This document shows positions 36,021-50,382 of a stretch of DNA of 64,000 bases, in pieces; the first letter of the stretch is position 1; every line of letters starts with the position of its first letter. The stretch is from Mustelus asterias. Taxonomy: Eukaryota. The stretch lies in the NCBI RefSeq assembly GCF_964213995.1, contig NC_135808.1, positions 7,254,001-7,318,000 on the forward strand. Reading direction: 5' to 3'. The translations under genes were made by a program, and so were the position numbers. Under the pieces are notes generated by a model. That model was not told the DNA's origin. It ran no database searches and worked only from the letters and a program-made list of their open reading frames with translations.

Positions 36021-38984
36021 AAATTAGAGTAACGCTGCTCTCAATACAATAATTTTCAATAAATTAAATTTCAATATTAAATTAAAATCAATATATGTTA
36101 TTTCTTGAACTTTAATTAAACTGCACAGATTTGTGACCAGCAGCGAAACATCAACTGCTCTTGCCCCACCTAGTGGTGGACGCTGTATCTGTTCACATGG
36201 CAAGGTTTTCCCCGGAAGAGGTCACGAGCTTGTGGACTCATCACTGCAAAGAAACTCAAAGCTTGAGGGAGTCGCGCTTCACACAAACAGGGCAGAGCAG
36301 GCACCGCCTGCCACTGGTGCGTTGGAAAGGACGCAAGATAAGTGGTCGGATGACTGGAGCTGACGACTTCGAGATGAAAGGCGGGGATGTAACCTACTGC
36401 GCCATAATACCGCCAAGTGAATTCACGCTTTATTGCGCATACGCCTGTCCTCACACATTCTATGGGGCTTTGTATTCGAATTTATCATCGAATCATAGAA
36501 GCATTCAGTGAAGAGGAGGCCCTCCGGCCCATCTAGTCTGCACCAATACGTATGAAACACCTTGAGTTCCCAGCCAGTACTATTCACCAGCACGTGGCCC
36601 ATAGCCTTGAATGTTATGATGTGACAAGTGTTCATCCAGGTGCTTTTTAAAGGTTGTGAGGTGGCCCACCTCTACCACCCTCCCAGGCAATGCATTCCAG
36701 ATCGTCAAAACCCTCTGGATAAAAATGTTCTTCCTCACACTCCACCCCCTCCCCCGCCCCCCCTAAATATCCTGCCCCTCACCGTGAACTTGTGTACCTT
36801 CAACTAAGGGGCACAGCTTCTCCTTATCCACTCTGTCCCTGCCCCTCATAATCTTGCAGTGATTAGAATTTGAAAAGCAAATCAGTTCGATGTAAAGGGT
36901 AGAGTCATATAGGCGGGATTTTACGGCCTCGCTCGAGCGAGACCGGAAGTTGACGCCCGAGGTCAAGGGACATTTCCACTGTTCAGCCCTCGCCCGCACC
37001 AATTCCGTGGTGGGCGGGGCGATCGAATCGGCAAAGTCATGCAGCGCATTAAAAGGCCTTTCTGCCCATCCAGTATGAACCGACAAAACATAGCACTAAA
37101 TTCGCACTAATCCCATTTTCCAGCACTTGTCCCATACCCTTGAAAGTTATGATGTTTCAAGAGCTCATCCAAATACGCTTAGAAGGTTGTAACATTTCGG
37201 TCCCCCACTTCCCAGGCAACTCATTTCAGATTCCCAAAACCTTTTGAATGAAAAACTGTTTTCTCAAATCCCCTATGAATCTCCTGATCCTTACCCTAAA
37301 GCTATGCCCACTCCTGATTGATCCCTCAACAAAGGGGAACAACTACTCCCTACTCAATCTGTCCATACCCTCATAATCTTATACAGCTTAAATATGCCTC
37401 TCCTCACCAATCCCCCCCTCCCCCCACCTCACCCCCGCCTTCTCTGCGCTAGAGATAACAATCCCAGCCTGACCGGCCTCTCTTCGTAGCTGAATTGCTC
37501 CATCTCAGGCAACATTCTGGCGGATCTCTTCTCTACGCTCTCCAGTGCAACGCTACCTATAGTGACATTATACAATTGCCCTCTAGGAGGTATAATTAAG
37601 CTTTTCTAACATTGCTGAAAGTAAGACTGCATTTTGAGTTTCCTCTTGGGGCAAACTAAGGATATAGGACCTTTGTAAACAGGGAGGGCAATTGTATATT
37701 CTTCTGAATCCAGTAATTTGAAGAACCCATACTGGGGTACAAAGAGTCTGAAACAGGAGGCCTAAAGTAGATTACGTAATCTGAAGCCAAAGCAGGCAGA
37801 GAAAAGGAAATAAAGAAGCGGATGGAACTAATGTGGCAGCGACAAAAGGCAGAAAGAATAAGGAAAGAATACTTTTTCAAGCACTCAACAATAATCAAAA
37901 GCAGATAGAGTCTTACCCTCCACTTGGAAAAGTAATTTTCGAGTGTAAGTGAGCGTGGCACAGTTGTTCACATTGTCATCTGACAGAGCCAGGGACCTGG
38001 GTTCAATTCCGATCTTGGGTAACTGTGTGGAGTTTTCACCTTTTACCCATGTCTGTGCGGGTTATCTCCAGGTGCTTCGTTTTCCTCCCACATTCCAAGG
38101 ATGTGTGTGTTAGGTTGATCGGCCATGCTAAATTACCCCTTAGTGTCAGGACGATTAGTAGGGTAAATACATGGGGCTACCGGGATAGAGTCTGCCTGGG
38201 ATTGTTGTCGGTGCAGGCTCGATGGGGCAAATGGCTTCCTTCAGCACTGTAGGGATTATAAGATTCAAAAATCCTAAATGTTTAGGACTTATTCAACCGT
38301 TAAAATGAAAGCACAGTGAAACAAAATTATATATTTTTCTCACGTCTTTAGTGGGAGTAAAACTTTATCTTAAATCATGAAACTCAGTGTGACTCGCATT
38401 CGTTTAACATTGACACCCCTAACTAGATTGGAGTCAATATTTCACTGATTTCAGAGCATAAGTTCTAGTTCTTCATGCGATAGTCTGCAATGACATCGAA
38501 TCACATCAGCAGCCATTGTTTCCTGGCCCTGAATTCAAACAGGGTGTTCAATATCCAGGTTCGAAAGCCAAATTTAAAAAATGATGCTCCAAAGAAGTAC
38601 AAAATGATGCAGTGAATAAATATTTCAGGTCTGGATTACAAATTGACTAACAGATAGAAAGCAGAGAGCAACAAGAAACAGATCATTATCAGCATGGCAG
38701 TCTGCTATTACTGGTGTGCCGCAATTGGGCTAAGGTTGTTTCAGTCTATATAAATGAAGTGGATGTGGACAGCAAATGCAGTCCTACCAAGTTTCCAAAT
38801 TGTATTCAGTGCAGTTTTTCTCTCCTCATCTAAAGAGGGATATAGTTGCCACAGGAGTGCAACGGAGGCCTATCAGGCTAATCCTTGTGATTAATGTTTG
38901 CATAAATTGTCTCTGTATACATTTTCAAGAAATGAGAGTTGATATCGCTGGAACTTACAAAATTCTTACAGGCTGTGACAAGCT

Positions 38985-39965
38985 TGAGGAATCTCAAGGA
39001 GTTGGTTTGCAGGTGCAGCAGGTAATTAACAAGTCAAATGGAATTTTGTCCTTCATTGCTAGAGGGGTGGAGTTTAAAAACAGCGAGATTATGTTGCAGC
39101 TGTATAAGGTGCTGGTGAGGCCACACCTGGAGTACTGTGTAGAGTTTTGGTCTCCTTACTTAGAAACATAGAAACATAGAAAAACTACAGCACAAACAGG
39201 CCCTTCAGCCCACAAGTTGTGCCGAACACATCCCTACCTTCTAGACTTACCTATAACCCTCCATCATATTAAGCTCCATGTACTCATCCAGGAGTCTCTT
39301 AAAGGACCCTATTGAGTTCGCCTCCACCACCCCTGACGGCAGCCGATTCCACTCACCCACCACCCTCTATGTGAAAAACTTACCCCTAACATCTCCCCTG
39401 TACCTACCCCCAGCATCTTAAACCTGTGTCCTCTCTTACTTGAGAAAGGATATACTGGCAATGGAGGGGGGTGCAGAGGAGATTCACGAGGTTGATTCCA
39501 GAGTTGAGAGGGTTGGCTTATGAGGAGAGACTGAGTAGACTGGGGCTATACTCATTGGAATTCGGAAGAATGAGGAGAGATCTTATAAAAACATATAAGA
39601 TTATGAAGGGAATAGACAAAATAGAAACAGGGAAGTTGTTTCCACTGGCGGGTGAAACTAGAACTAGGGGGCATAGCCTCAAAATAAGGGTAAGCAGATT
39701 TAGGACTCAGTTGAGGAGGAACTTCTTCACACAAAGGGTTGTAAATCTGTGGAATTCCCTGCCCAGTGAAGCAGTTGAGGCTACTTCATTGAATGTTTTT
39801 AAGGCAAGAATACATACATTTTTAAACAGTAAAGGAATTAAGGGTCATGGTGAGCGGGTGGGTAAGTGGAGCTGAGTCCACAAAAAGATCAGCCCTGATC
39901 TTATTGAATGGCGGAGCGGGCTCGAAGGGCCAGATGGCCTACTCCCGCTCCTAGTGCTTATGTTC
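38985..39965 (+). mobile_element. CR1 LINE 3' part with nested reverse CR1 (about 39162-39432)
   Basis: ORFs 38776..39171 and 39471..39875. Confidence 0.85.
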
Positions 39966-40515
39966 TCATGACAGGGTAAATGTGGATGGGATGTTTCCCC
40001 TGCCTGGTGAGTCTGGAGCAAGGGGACATTGTCTCGGAATCAGGGGCAGTCCATTTAAAATTGAGATGTGGAGGAAGTTCTTTACTCGGAGGGTGGCGAC
40101 TCTTTGGAAATCACAACCCCAGGGGGCTGTGGAAACCTAACCATTGAGCAGGTTCAAAACAGAAATCGTGAGAACATCTGGGTGCCAGTGATATCAAGGG
40201 ACATGAGGATCATGGGGGAGTCTGGCATAGAGATAATCAGCCATGACCTGTTTCAATCGAGGAGTAGGCTCGATGGGTCAAGTGGCCTCCTGCTGCCCTT
40301 ATTTCCTATGTTCTTATGTCACAGACTCCGGGAGCAAGTTGGAAAAGCTTTGTGGAGGCAATTTCCGATTTGCTCAGTTGGTAGTTAAGGGAGCTCCCGA
40401 ATCCCACACTGGCTGATGGTATTTTATAATATTGTTCATGTACTATTTATTTAACAAAGGAAACATTCAGTTGTCGCAAAAGGAACAAACACATTTGCTA
40501 ACAAAAGCGTATGCT

Positions 40516-40537
40516 TATATATACATATATAAATATA

Positions 40538-40573
<36 letters not shown>
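40516..40573. repeat. (TA)n microsatellite
   Basis: Seen directly. Confidence 0.9.
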
Positions 40574-40579
<6 letters not shown>

Positions 40580-41299
40580 AGAATTTGAAAAATGGTGCCT
40601 GACAAATTAAGAAAAACTTTTAGGGAACTTCAAACTTGTGTTTTAATTCACAAGTTTCAGTCTGTACAGGAAGACTTAGCTTCCGGTGTCTGCTTGTTGC
40701 AGACGATACGATCACATACTGATTCACTGCGACTGATACTATTTTGCGCAGGAAAAGGTTTGCAGCGAAAATAAATGCAGCCTTTTCAGAAACCACCTTT
40801 GCACAATTTTCGCGAAATTAGGAACAATGATTCTCGGAACATTTGCTTCCAATTATAACTTCAGTTTCAGATTGAGTGTCTGGCCATGGTGGACATTTCA
40901 CAAGTATTCTTCTGAAACCTTTGTTTTACCAAAAGCTTGAAACTTCTAACACTTTAAGAGCAAGCATTTGGAGATTGCAATTTCGACAGGAGTGACACTC
41001 CATTTCGTTATTCTGCTGATAAATATCCATTAGGAACGAATCTTGCAAGGACAGGAATGAAGCAGATGGTTGCATATTCACCCAAAGCAAGAATACTTGG
41101 AAAACTGTTCGCAGTTCAACGGGATTCGCTTCCCACTTTCACATATTTACTGGTCTTTCATAGCGAGATATTACACTATTCTGTGTGCATGAGAAAAGCA
41201 CTTCAGTTTCACACCCCCTTTCCCTGCCCTTCAAGGAAGTGCTGACACATCCCTTTAGATTCTGTGAAGCATCCGGTTTTCCAACCGTGTTCCATAAAT

Positions 41300-41374
41300 G
41301 ATTTTGTTACAGCAAAAGCAATAGGAAAATGCAGAGATCTCAATGCAAATAATGCACGTTGCTGCCAAGTTAAG
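41300..41374 (+). other. Probable first (5' UTR) exon of gene C; start position uncertain
   Basis: Consensus donor AAG|GTAAGT at 41374|41375 in unique sequence; same architecture as gene B. Confidence 0.45.
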
Positions 41375-41639
41375 GTAAGTCAAGCTTTACCTTTAGTAAA
41401 GCAGCGGACATTTCTGAGTCCCCCTGGCTGACATTTAACTATTCTTATTCGCAAATCAGACAGGGTATGGAGAAATGGAAGGTCAAGCTTTTGTCTAACA
41501 AGAAAATCGATGAGACCTGGGTGTTGGGCAAGGGAACATTTGTTGTTGCTTTGCTAAACCATTTCAGAGTTAATTATAACCACGCTGCTGTGGACCGGCA
41601 GTCACATGTAGGGCAGACCGGTAAGTTTGGCAGATAAGG

Positions 41640-42125
41640 AGACAGGCCAGGGACGGTTCACTAGGTTGATCCCAGGTATGGTGGGAGTTTCCTATAAGAA
41701 GAGATTGAATAGGTTTTGAGTCTGTACTCGTTGGAGTTTAGAAGAATGAGGCAATCTTATTAAGATATATAGGATTCCCAAAGGGCTTGGCAGCGTAGAT
41801 GCTGAAAGGTTGTTTTCTCTTGTGGGGAGCCTAGGACGAGAGGGTATAATCTCAGAATAAGGGGTCGCCGTATAAAACAGAGGTGAGGAGGAATTTCTTC
41901 TCTCAAAGGGTAGTAAATTTGTAGAATTCTTTCCTGCAGAGTGCTGTAGAGGTTGGATCGTTAGTATATTCAAGGATGCGATAGATAGATTTTTAACCAG
42001 TAAGGGGATCAAGGTTTATGGGGATAAAGTGGGAAAGTGGAGTTGAGATTATCACGTCAGATCAATCATAATATCACTGAATGTTGGAGCAAACTCGATC
42101 CGCCTAGCTCTGCTCCTACCTCTCA
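41640..42125 (+). mobile_element. CR1 LINE 3' end
   Basis: RFTRLIPG / YSLEFRRMR / RRNFFSQRVV coding remnants. Confidence 0.8.
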
Positions 42126-43891
42126 TGGATTCCTTCCCTAAAAGACATTAAAATAAAAGTAAAGTTTATTTGTTAGTCACAAATAAACTTACATTAACAC
42201 TGCAATAAGGTTGTTGTGAAAATCCCCTAGTCACCACACTCCGGTGCCTGTTCGGGTACACCAGGGAGAATTTAACATGGCCAACGCATCTAACCTGCAC
42301 ATCTTTGGACTGTGGGACGAAACCGAAGCACCCGGATGAAACCCACGTAGACACAGGGAGAATGTGCAAGCTCCAAACAGACAGTGGCCCAAGCCGGGAA
42401 GTGAACCCAGATCCCTGTGAGGCAGCAGTGCTAACCACTGTGCCACCCCCAACTGAAACCGATGAGTTTTACAATTGAAGATCGTTTCAAGATGACCATA
42501 ACTCAGGCTACAATTCAAATCCCGATTTTTTATTGTTAATTGAATTTAAACTTGGTGTTACTAGCAAGGACCTGTTTCTCATCCCAAATTACCCTTGAAC
42601 TGAATGGCGTGCTAGGTCATTTCAGAGGACACAGAGTTGATTACGCTGCTGTTAACACGAGGGGACATAGCTTTAAATTGAGGGGTGAGAGATATAGGAC
42701 AGATGTTAGAGGTAGGTTCTTTACTCAGAGAGTAGTAAGGGCGTGGAACGCCCTGCCTGCAGCAGTAGTGGACTCGTCAACATTAAGAGCATTCAAATGG
42801 TTATTGGATAAACATATGGATGATATTGGAATAGTGTAGATTAGAGGGGCTTTAGATTGGTTTCACTGGTCGGCGCAACATCGGGGGCCGAAGAGTCTGT
42901 ACTGCGCTGTAATGTTCTATGTTCTATGCTGTGGTTCAGGAGTCACGTGTAGGCCAGACCGGGTAAGGACCGCAGAATTTCTTCCTTGATGTTTTTTTTT
43001 CAACAATGATAGTTTCATGATCACCATTCCTGAGACCAGTTTTAAGTTCCTGACTTATCAACGTCTCCAGAGCATGAGCCCGATCGCTGTATTACGCGCC
43101 CAGCCACCTTCCATCGTCTTGCTTGATATTAACATCTTTGAACTGTAGGAGGAAACCGGAGGACCCGGAAGAAACCCACGTACATAAAGGGAGAATGTAC
43201 AAACCCCACACAGCCATCCAAGGCCGGAATTGAACCCCTGTCCCTGGCGCTGTGAGCCAGCAATGCTCACAAGTGCCTTCAGTTGCTCAGCAATGGTCAC
43301 ATGAGTATTTATATTTATTTTTCATGCCGTATTCCTCTATAAACATACCAGAAGCACAGTTGGAACTTAAGCAATCCCCACATATACAAATGTCTTTGCC
43401 CAGCATGAATCACACTACATGTTTACCGTTCCAGGCACAGAAACACTAAATTAAACACACTTAAAGATATGCCTTATCTCTAATGTTGATCAATTTCAAT
43501 ACAAACCCCTTAAAACTGTCTTTGTTTTCCTTAAAGATAAATACTTAGAGGTTACGATCAAGACTCAGTGTATTCGGCCCAACCAGTTCATATTAGATAT
43601 TGCCTTTGAGCTGTGTTTCTGCATTTACCCTGGATTTCCGCCATTTTCTGCCCCAAACGTTGGAGGACAAGTAGTGGGATCTGGCGGTGTTTCGTTTACA
43701 TATATGTAAAAAGAAAATCTGTACAGAATCGAGCGACCGATTTCGAAATTTATCCCTGAGCAGCAGTTCGCTAACTTGGAAAGGTAAAATATCACGTTTA
43801 AAAACTTTCACAAAAAGTTAAGAAAATCCACTCCAATTAAAATTGTGGTTACAAATCTCTTCTTTGCCTTCACAGACAAAAATAGAAAAAA

Positions 43892-43931
43892 ATGTTTGCC
43901 GATGCTATAATTGGTGTACTGTTGATTGCTG
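43892..43931 (+). CDS. Gene C leader exon MFADAIIGVLLIA (exon starts 43876)
   Basis: Acceptor tctttgccttcacag|, aaaATG, 13 hydrophobic codons, phase-1 donor G|GTAAGT. In frame with the V exon, giving ...LLIA-AVAIA-DFKV. Confidence 0.8.
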
Positions 43932-46478
43932 GTAAGTGTTGAACTTATTTGTCACATTTTTTACATTTGGTAATGGGATGTGGATATCACTGGCAAGGTC
44001 AGCATTTATTGCACACCTTTGGAAGTTGGTGGTGAGGCGCCATCTTTATCCATCCCAACCTTTGTGATGAAACTACACCCACAGTGCTGATGGGAGGAAG
44101 TTCCAGGATTTAGACCCATCGTTGTGACGGAACACCAATATTGCTCTAAATCAGGGTGAAATGAAAGTGCTGGGGTTGCTATTTGTCTTTTTCTTCTGAG
44201 GTGGCCAAGGTTGGGAATTTGGACAGTGCAGTAGAAGGAGGCTTGGATAGTTGCTGTAGTGCATCTTGTAGATTTCAGTGTGCAACAATGGCAGGTGGAC
44301 CCAAGGTTTGAGGTGATCAATAGGCTGCTGATCTGGTGGGCTGCTGTTTCCAAGATAGTGGGAAATATCTGATGTTACAGTCAACTAGACAAGCGGGAAA
44401 TATTCTATCACACTGCTGACTTGCACATTGCAGGTGCTGAACAGGCTGGAGTCAGGAAATGAGAAATGTGCCACAGAACAACAACATTCAAGCGGCTCCT
44501 CCAGTTAAATTTCTGCTCAACGATAACCAGCAGAATATTTTGGTGGGGACTTTAAGATGATAATGCTGTTGAATGCTAAGAGGTAGGGGAGGGGAAAATA
44601 ATGATTGGCAAGCACTTGTTCAGAACGAATGTTGCCTATCACTTCTCAGCCCAAGGCTAAACATTGTCAAGTCTTGCTGACTATGGACACAGAATACTAC
44701 AAGATCTGAGAGTTGTGAGCGGTACTGAACATTCAACAGTCATCTGCGCATATCTCTCTTTATGGCCTTACGATGTAGTGATAAAGCAAATGAAAGTTTG
44801 GCCCACAGCATTGCATTGAGTAAATATTGCTGCTTGTCCTGGGCTCAAATGGTTGGGCATTCCACAACTAGGCCCATCCTCTTTCGAAGTAGACGTGACA
44901 CCAACCAATGATGTGCTTCTACAGATTTCAGTAGTTTTTTCCTGTACAGTCCGATGTCACACCTGGTCAAAGTTTGACTGAATACCAGCAAAGTTTCCAG
45001 GGGATTTTTACAGTAACTCCCTTCTGGTGTTAATGCAAGCCTACTTGTGACACCAATAAATAAACTTTAAAAAATGCTGATTGAATATCAAGAGCAACTT
45101 CTCTCACCTCATCACTGGGAATTTGCTCTTTTGACCATTGCTGGACAAAGGCCTCAGGGATAACTGGGCCCAACAGGTCCTGATGAAATCCAAACCAACA
45201 CAGGTGAGCAGGTTATTAAACCGTCCCTTGATGACATTTTCGAAACCTTCTATCGATTTGCTGCTTGTTTAGATTAGAATTTCGGGGCAACATTAACTGG
45301 ATCTGCATGCATCCCACCAGGTCTTAGGTAAGCAAATTCCACCGTTTTGGGTGTCTGCCAGTTTTGCAGCTAGACTAGCACAGTCTGACTCCGGCATGGT
45401 TTGTTAGGGAGCATAAACCATCAGTCCAACAGCTGAGATGTTATCAGTTCCTCAAATGAGGGTGGCACAGTGGCAAAATGATTAGGACTGCTGCCGCACC
45501 GCTCCAGGAACCTGGGTTCGATTTCGGCCTGTGTGGAGTCTGCACGTTCTCCCCGTGTCTGCGTGGGTTTGCTCCGGGTACTCTGCTTTCCTCCCACAGT
45601 CCGAAGGTGTGAGGGTTAGGTTGAATGGCAATCGTAAATTGACCCATAATGTCTATGTGTTAGCAGGGTAAATAAGTGTGGTTATGAGGATAGGGGCTGG
45701 GTGCGATTGTGGTCGGTCTGGACTCGATGGGCCAAATGGCCTCCTTCTGCATTATAGGGATTGTATGATTCTATGATTCGGATTACCTGAAGACTGGCGT
45801 CTGTAAAGGTGAAGCTCTGAAGAGGAATCCCAGATAGATCCTCCAGTTCACAATTCTAGGCCCAGATGGTTAGAAACCTTTCAAGCTTGCTGTGCGCTGA
45901 AGGGCTGAACATTCAGCCAGGGAGCATGGGAAATGCCTGTGCAGCCTCCTTCAGCCAGGGAGCATGGGAGATGCCTGTGTCGCCTCCTTCAAGCTGCTGA
46001 CTGGGAAGCACGGCAGAGAGCTGAGCTGACCAGCTTGCTTTGGATCGCCTGGCGCTATTTATAACATTCTGCTTGTATGTACTCCGATGTACTACCTTCG
46101 CCAGATTGACACCTCCTTATAGGGTCTGTCTGATACTGTTCCTGGAATGATCTCCTAAACTCCTCAATGAACTGGCAAAATAATGCCGTCACTCTGTGAA
46201 CAGTTTGATGTTCTTGGCACTGGCTCAGCGGGGGTCAAGGGATGGCAATGTACAATATGTCACTTGGATAGGAACTTGAATGTACCCGAGAATTCGCATC
46301 GTCGATTGAAGGAAATTCGATTGTCATGTAGCCTCTGAAAGTTGGGGGATGTGAGTGGGAGTTCTTTGTTTGAATTTGTGATTAACCGCATTTGAATTCT
46401 TTACCAGTGGTCAGGACAGCAGTTTGGAGTGTGGAGTAAGTTTGTCTAACAAGGATAATTGGAGTCTCTGTTTTACAG

Positions 46479-46820
46479 CTGTTGCTATTGCCGACTTCAA
46501 AGTAACTCAAAGCCCAGAGGTTATCGAAGTAATAGAAGGAGAGGAGTTTCAAATCTCCTGTACATTTACTGCGTCTAAAGTGTCATCGGTCTTTGGATTC
46601 AGCTGGTACAAGCAAACATCAGATCGTGAAAACAGTTTTGTTTCGAACACATCTGAAGGATGTTTTGGTCGGGTTTTGCGGAAACGTGAACAATATTTAA
46701 ACACCGAACAAATTACAGTCATAAAGGCAAATCGGAATGATTCCGGCATATATTATTGTGAAGTGGATTTGCTGGCAGTTGGCAGAGGAACCGGAATGGG
46801 CACACGGGTAACTGTTAAAG
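46479..46820 (+). CDS. NCR3: Gene C Ig V-set exon with germline-joined J segment, NKp30/NCR3-like
   Basis: KVTQSP..EG..FQISC...FSWYKQ...GRV...NDSGIYYCEVDLLAVGRGTGMGTRVTVK. The end resembles the NKp30 motif CRVEVLGLGVGTGNGTRLVVE. Acceptor ttttacag| and donor AAG|GTACGT, phase 1-1. Symbol denotes family resemblance. Confidence 0.88.
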
Positions 46821-46919
46821 GTACGTTTCTATGTGCTACCATCTGCCTTTCTTTACAATTATTCTTTTCAATAACAAATCAAACTAATTATTCCTACACT
46901 ATCCACTCTAAAATTATCC

Positions 46920-47495
46920 CATAGAATCCCATAGAATCATTACAGTGCAGAACGAGGCCATTCGGCCCATCGAGTCTGCACCGGCCAGAGTCCCACCCAG
47001 GCCCTATTCCTGTAACCCCATGCATTTACCCTAGCTAATCCCCCTGATACTAAGGGTTAATTTAGCATGGCCAATCCACCTAACCTGCACATATTTGGAC
47101 TGTGGGAGGAAACTGGAGCACCCGGAGGAAACCCACACAGACACGGGGAGATTATGCAAACTCCACACAGATAGTGACCCGAGGCCGGAATTGAAACCGG
47201 GTTCCTGGCATTGCGAGGCAGCAGCTCAAACTACTGTGCCGCCGTGCTGTCTGTGTGGAGACTGCACATTCTCCCGGTGTCTGGGTGGGTTTCCTCCGGG
47301 TGCTCTGATTTCATCCCATAGTCCAGAAGATGTGCGCGTTAGGTGGATTGGCCATGCTAAATTGCCCCTTAGTGTCGGGGGATTAGCTAGGGTAAACGCA
47401 TGAGGTCACGCGGATAGGGCCTGGGTGGGATTGTGGTCGATGCAGACGCAATGGGCCGAATGGCCTCCTACTACACTGTAGGGAATCTATGATCC
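46920..47495. mobile_element. Head-to-head HE1-type SINE pair just downstream of the gene C V exon
   Basis: - copy at about 46920-47245, + copy at about 47247-47495. Confidence 0.8.
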
Positions 47496-50382
47496 TTTAA
47501 TTCTGAGATAATGGTTATGAAGAACATTTGGAGATGAACATTCATTTACTTAATTATATAGCTAAATAATTTGCTTCAGATGTACTCCATCAAAGCATCC
47601 ATTCCAACGTTGTTTCTATATTAGCCCGGAGCATACAGTTAAATGTGTAAATCGACGAATCGCATTTCAATGTGTCTGGCAATTTGATTTTTTTCTGGGT
47701 ATAATGCCGTGGGCATAACGGCAGGAAACCCGATTTTTAATCTGAAACGGAAAAAGGGCCGATCGGGGGAACAGGGCCCCTTAAGCTGAACACCACCAGC
47801 CCCCACCCTTCCTACCGCTCCCCCTCCTAAAGCGACCCTATTCCTCCTGATTGCCCCGAACACTCCCAAAACCTCTAGCCCCAAGACCCCGGGAATACTT
47901 TCCCCGGATATAATGGGCTTTGGACTCCTCTCTTCACCTGCAGTCCAGGCAGCTAACATTCACGCCTTCCAATTGGATTGATCAGATCCAATGTGAGACG
48001 GGTGTCCCACTGAGCACTTAGCTCTCGTTCAAGAGCCCCGCAATGCTTTATGGATGCGGGGCTGGTTGGCGCGGAGCCAGTCGGCTTCCGGCCTACGTCA
48101 TGTGCGGGGAGGAGGATGTCATCGCCCCTTGTATTATTCACCCCATTGTATCTATCATTCTGCAACACTGGCCTCCCGATTTACATCCTTTCACTATTGG
48201 AAGCCTTGCACTGCAAGGTCGCTCGGTCCTGGATTTATGTCCCTCCTACCCCTCTCTCCCACTCTTATCTTTTATTCCACTTTAATAAACCGACATATTT
48301 GATCGCCCTTTTGAACAACTTTATTTGACATCTTGGTTGGGTCCGTGTCAAAAATGGTAGAAATACCTTTAGTTGGTATTGTTGTTGTTCAGCCTGACGT
48401 TCATGGGTATCCCTGTTTTATTTAAAATCAATTGTGGCCATAAGTATGAGCTTGACTTGATGCTGACACGCAAATATGTGTACACATACATCTCTTCAAC
48501 CATAGGAATATGGGCATGTGTTTGTATTCGATATTGCTGATTCTTCCTAATCAAGTAGCATCTTCCATTTTTCCAAAGTCAACAATCATGGCTGACCTTG
48601 GATTTTTGCTAAGGAGTAGAGAGAGGAGGCAGGTCACAAACCCACTTCAGCTGGAACCAGAATCGACCCCAACGCACTTGGCGTTATGCTAGCACACACA
48701 CACACATACCGGACGGCCAGCCAACTGAGGTTGCCTTCCCCATACGTTAGGTACATATGAATAAGCAGACACACACGTTTGGTACATTTCAGTTCACCTC
48801 AGCTATACCGAGCAAAGACACATATATGGAGCTCGGTCACATGTCTGCCATGATTCCATTGAAAAACGGAAGGTGCAGAAGGACATCAATTGCCTCATCC
48901 TATTCCTAGCCATAGCTCTAAATTTATCTCTTGCTGCGATCCCCGGGGAGGCTGATAATCCTTACCAACAATCCCGCATTTCCAGTTAATTGCCGAAAGG
49001 TCAACAGGTCAACATCTCATGTTTTAAAACTTTGACTGTAACAAATCACTATTGACTGAACACTATTCTTTTTGTGTGCTCCTTACACTTTAAATGTCAG
49101 AAACTGATGTTTCCCTTTTTGTCTTCATCACACTCTACAATGAATTACAGGATTTTTGGTGGCCCGAGTCCCGGGTTCGATTCCCGGCTTGGGTCACTGT
49201 CTGTGTGGAGTTTGCACGTTCTCCCCGTATCTGGGTGGGTTTCCTCCGTGTGCGCAGGTTTCCTCCCACATTTTGAAAGACGTGCTAGTCAGGCGCATTG
49301 ACCCGAACAGGTGCCAGACTGTGGCGACTCGGGGAATTTCACCGTAACTTCATTGCAGTGTTAATGTAAGTCTTACTCGTGACTCATAAATAAACTTCAA
49401 CACAGTCCACGGTCGCTTCCTGTTTCCAATGGGTTGTCCTAAAATAGCAACTACGGGTGATCAGACAAGAGGAAGTGTCTATTCAATCAATGACCATCTC
49501 TTCTGTCATTTGTCTGGAGTATCTCACAAAGCCAAGCAGCCTCTTTTTTTTTGCTGACCACACAGAACTGCCGTCTGCCTGTGATATTCGATAATTTGTA
49601 GGGAAGCCTTTAAATTGGTGTCAGGATTGATTTTTTCTGCCCTCTTCTCCGTGACAATGTGGAACGCATTAGCTTCGTCCCGAGGTAGAAATGCTAACTT
49701 GTCATTCTGGACGGCAACTTCCTTTCATCTTAGCGGTAAATAGACAGTTTACAGCGCAACTGTTTACAACTCGGTGCTTCAGTACCTTTCTGGGCTATTG
49801 GAAGTCTCGGAGTGTGCAGACTGTAAGCTCAGAGACTGATATAATTTCCTCCAAAAGAAATGCACTCGCTATTCATTTCTATAATCTAAGCCTCCCTTTG
49901 ATCTGTAAGAATGAAACCAATGAAGCCGATTCTCGGGCAGACTGCAGAACAGGTCACATGACCCAATTCACTTACGTTTAAAGCTACAGACCCAAAGCTA
50001 TAATAATCTTATGCACCTCATAATTCCCACCACCCTTTATTGACGAAGGAAACATTGCTCAGTCCTCTGAATCAGATCATAGCACTAAAGGACTGAGTAA
50101 ATGAGGGGAAGTTAACATCAGCGTTCAGGTCAAAGTGGGAGGACTCAGGTGAATCACTGCCGCAAAGTTGGCTTTGATTTGATTTGTATTATCACATATA
50201 TTGGTTATATAGTGAAGAGTATTGGCTCTTGCGCGGAATACAGACAACGCATGTCGTTCATATAGTACATGGGGCGAAGGAAAGAAGAGGGTTTAGAATG
50301 TAGTGTTATAGTCATAGCTAGGGTATAGAGAAAGATTAACTTAATATAAGGTAGGTCCATTCAAAAGTCTAAAGGCAAACTG

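Noticed and set aside
29960-46820. Rearranging TCR or Ig light-chain locus
   Set aside because: V and J are in one exon ending at a splice donor, there is no heptamer-spacer-nonamer, and no C exon is seen. The CACAGTG heptamers I noticed lie mostly in SINE heads.
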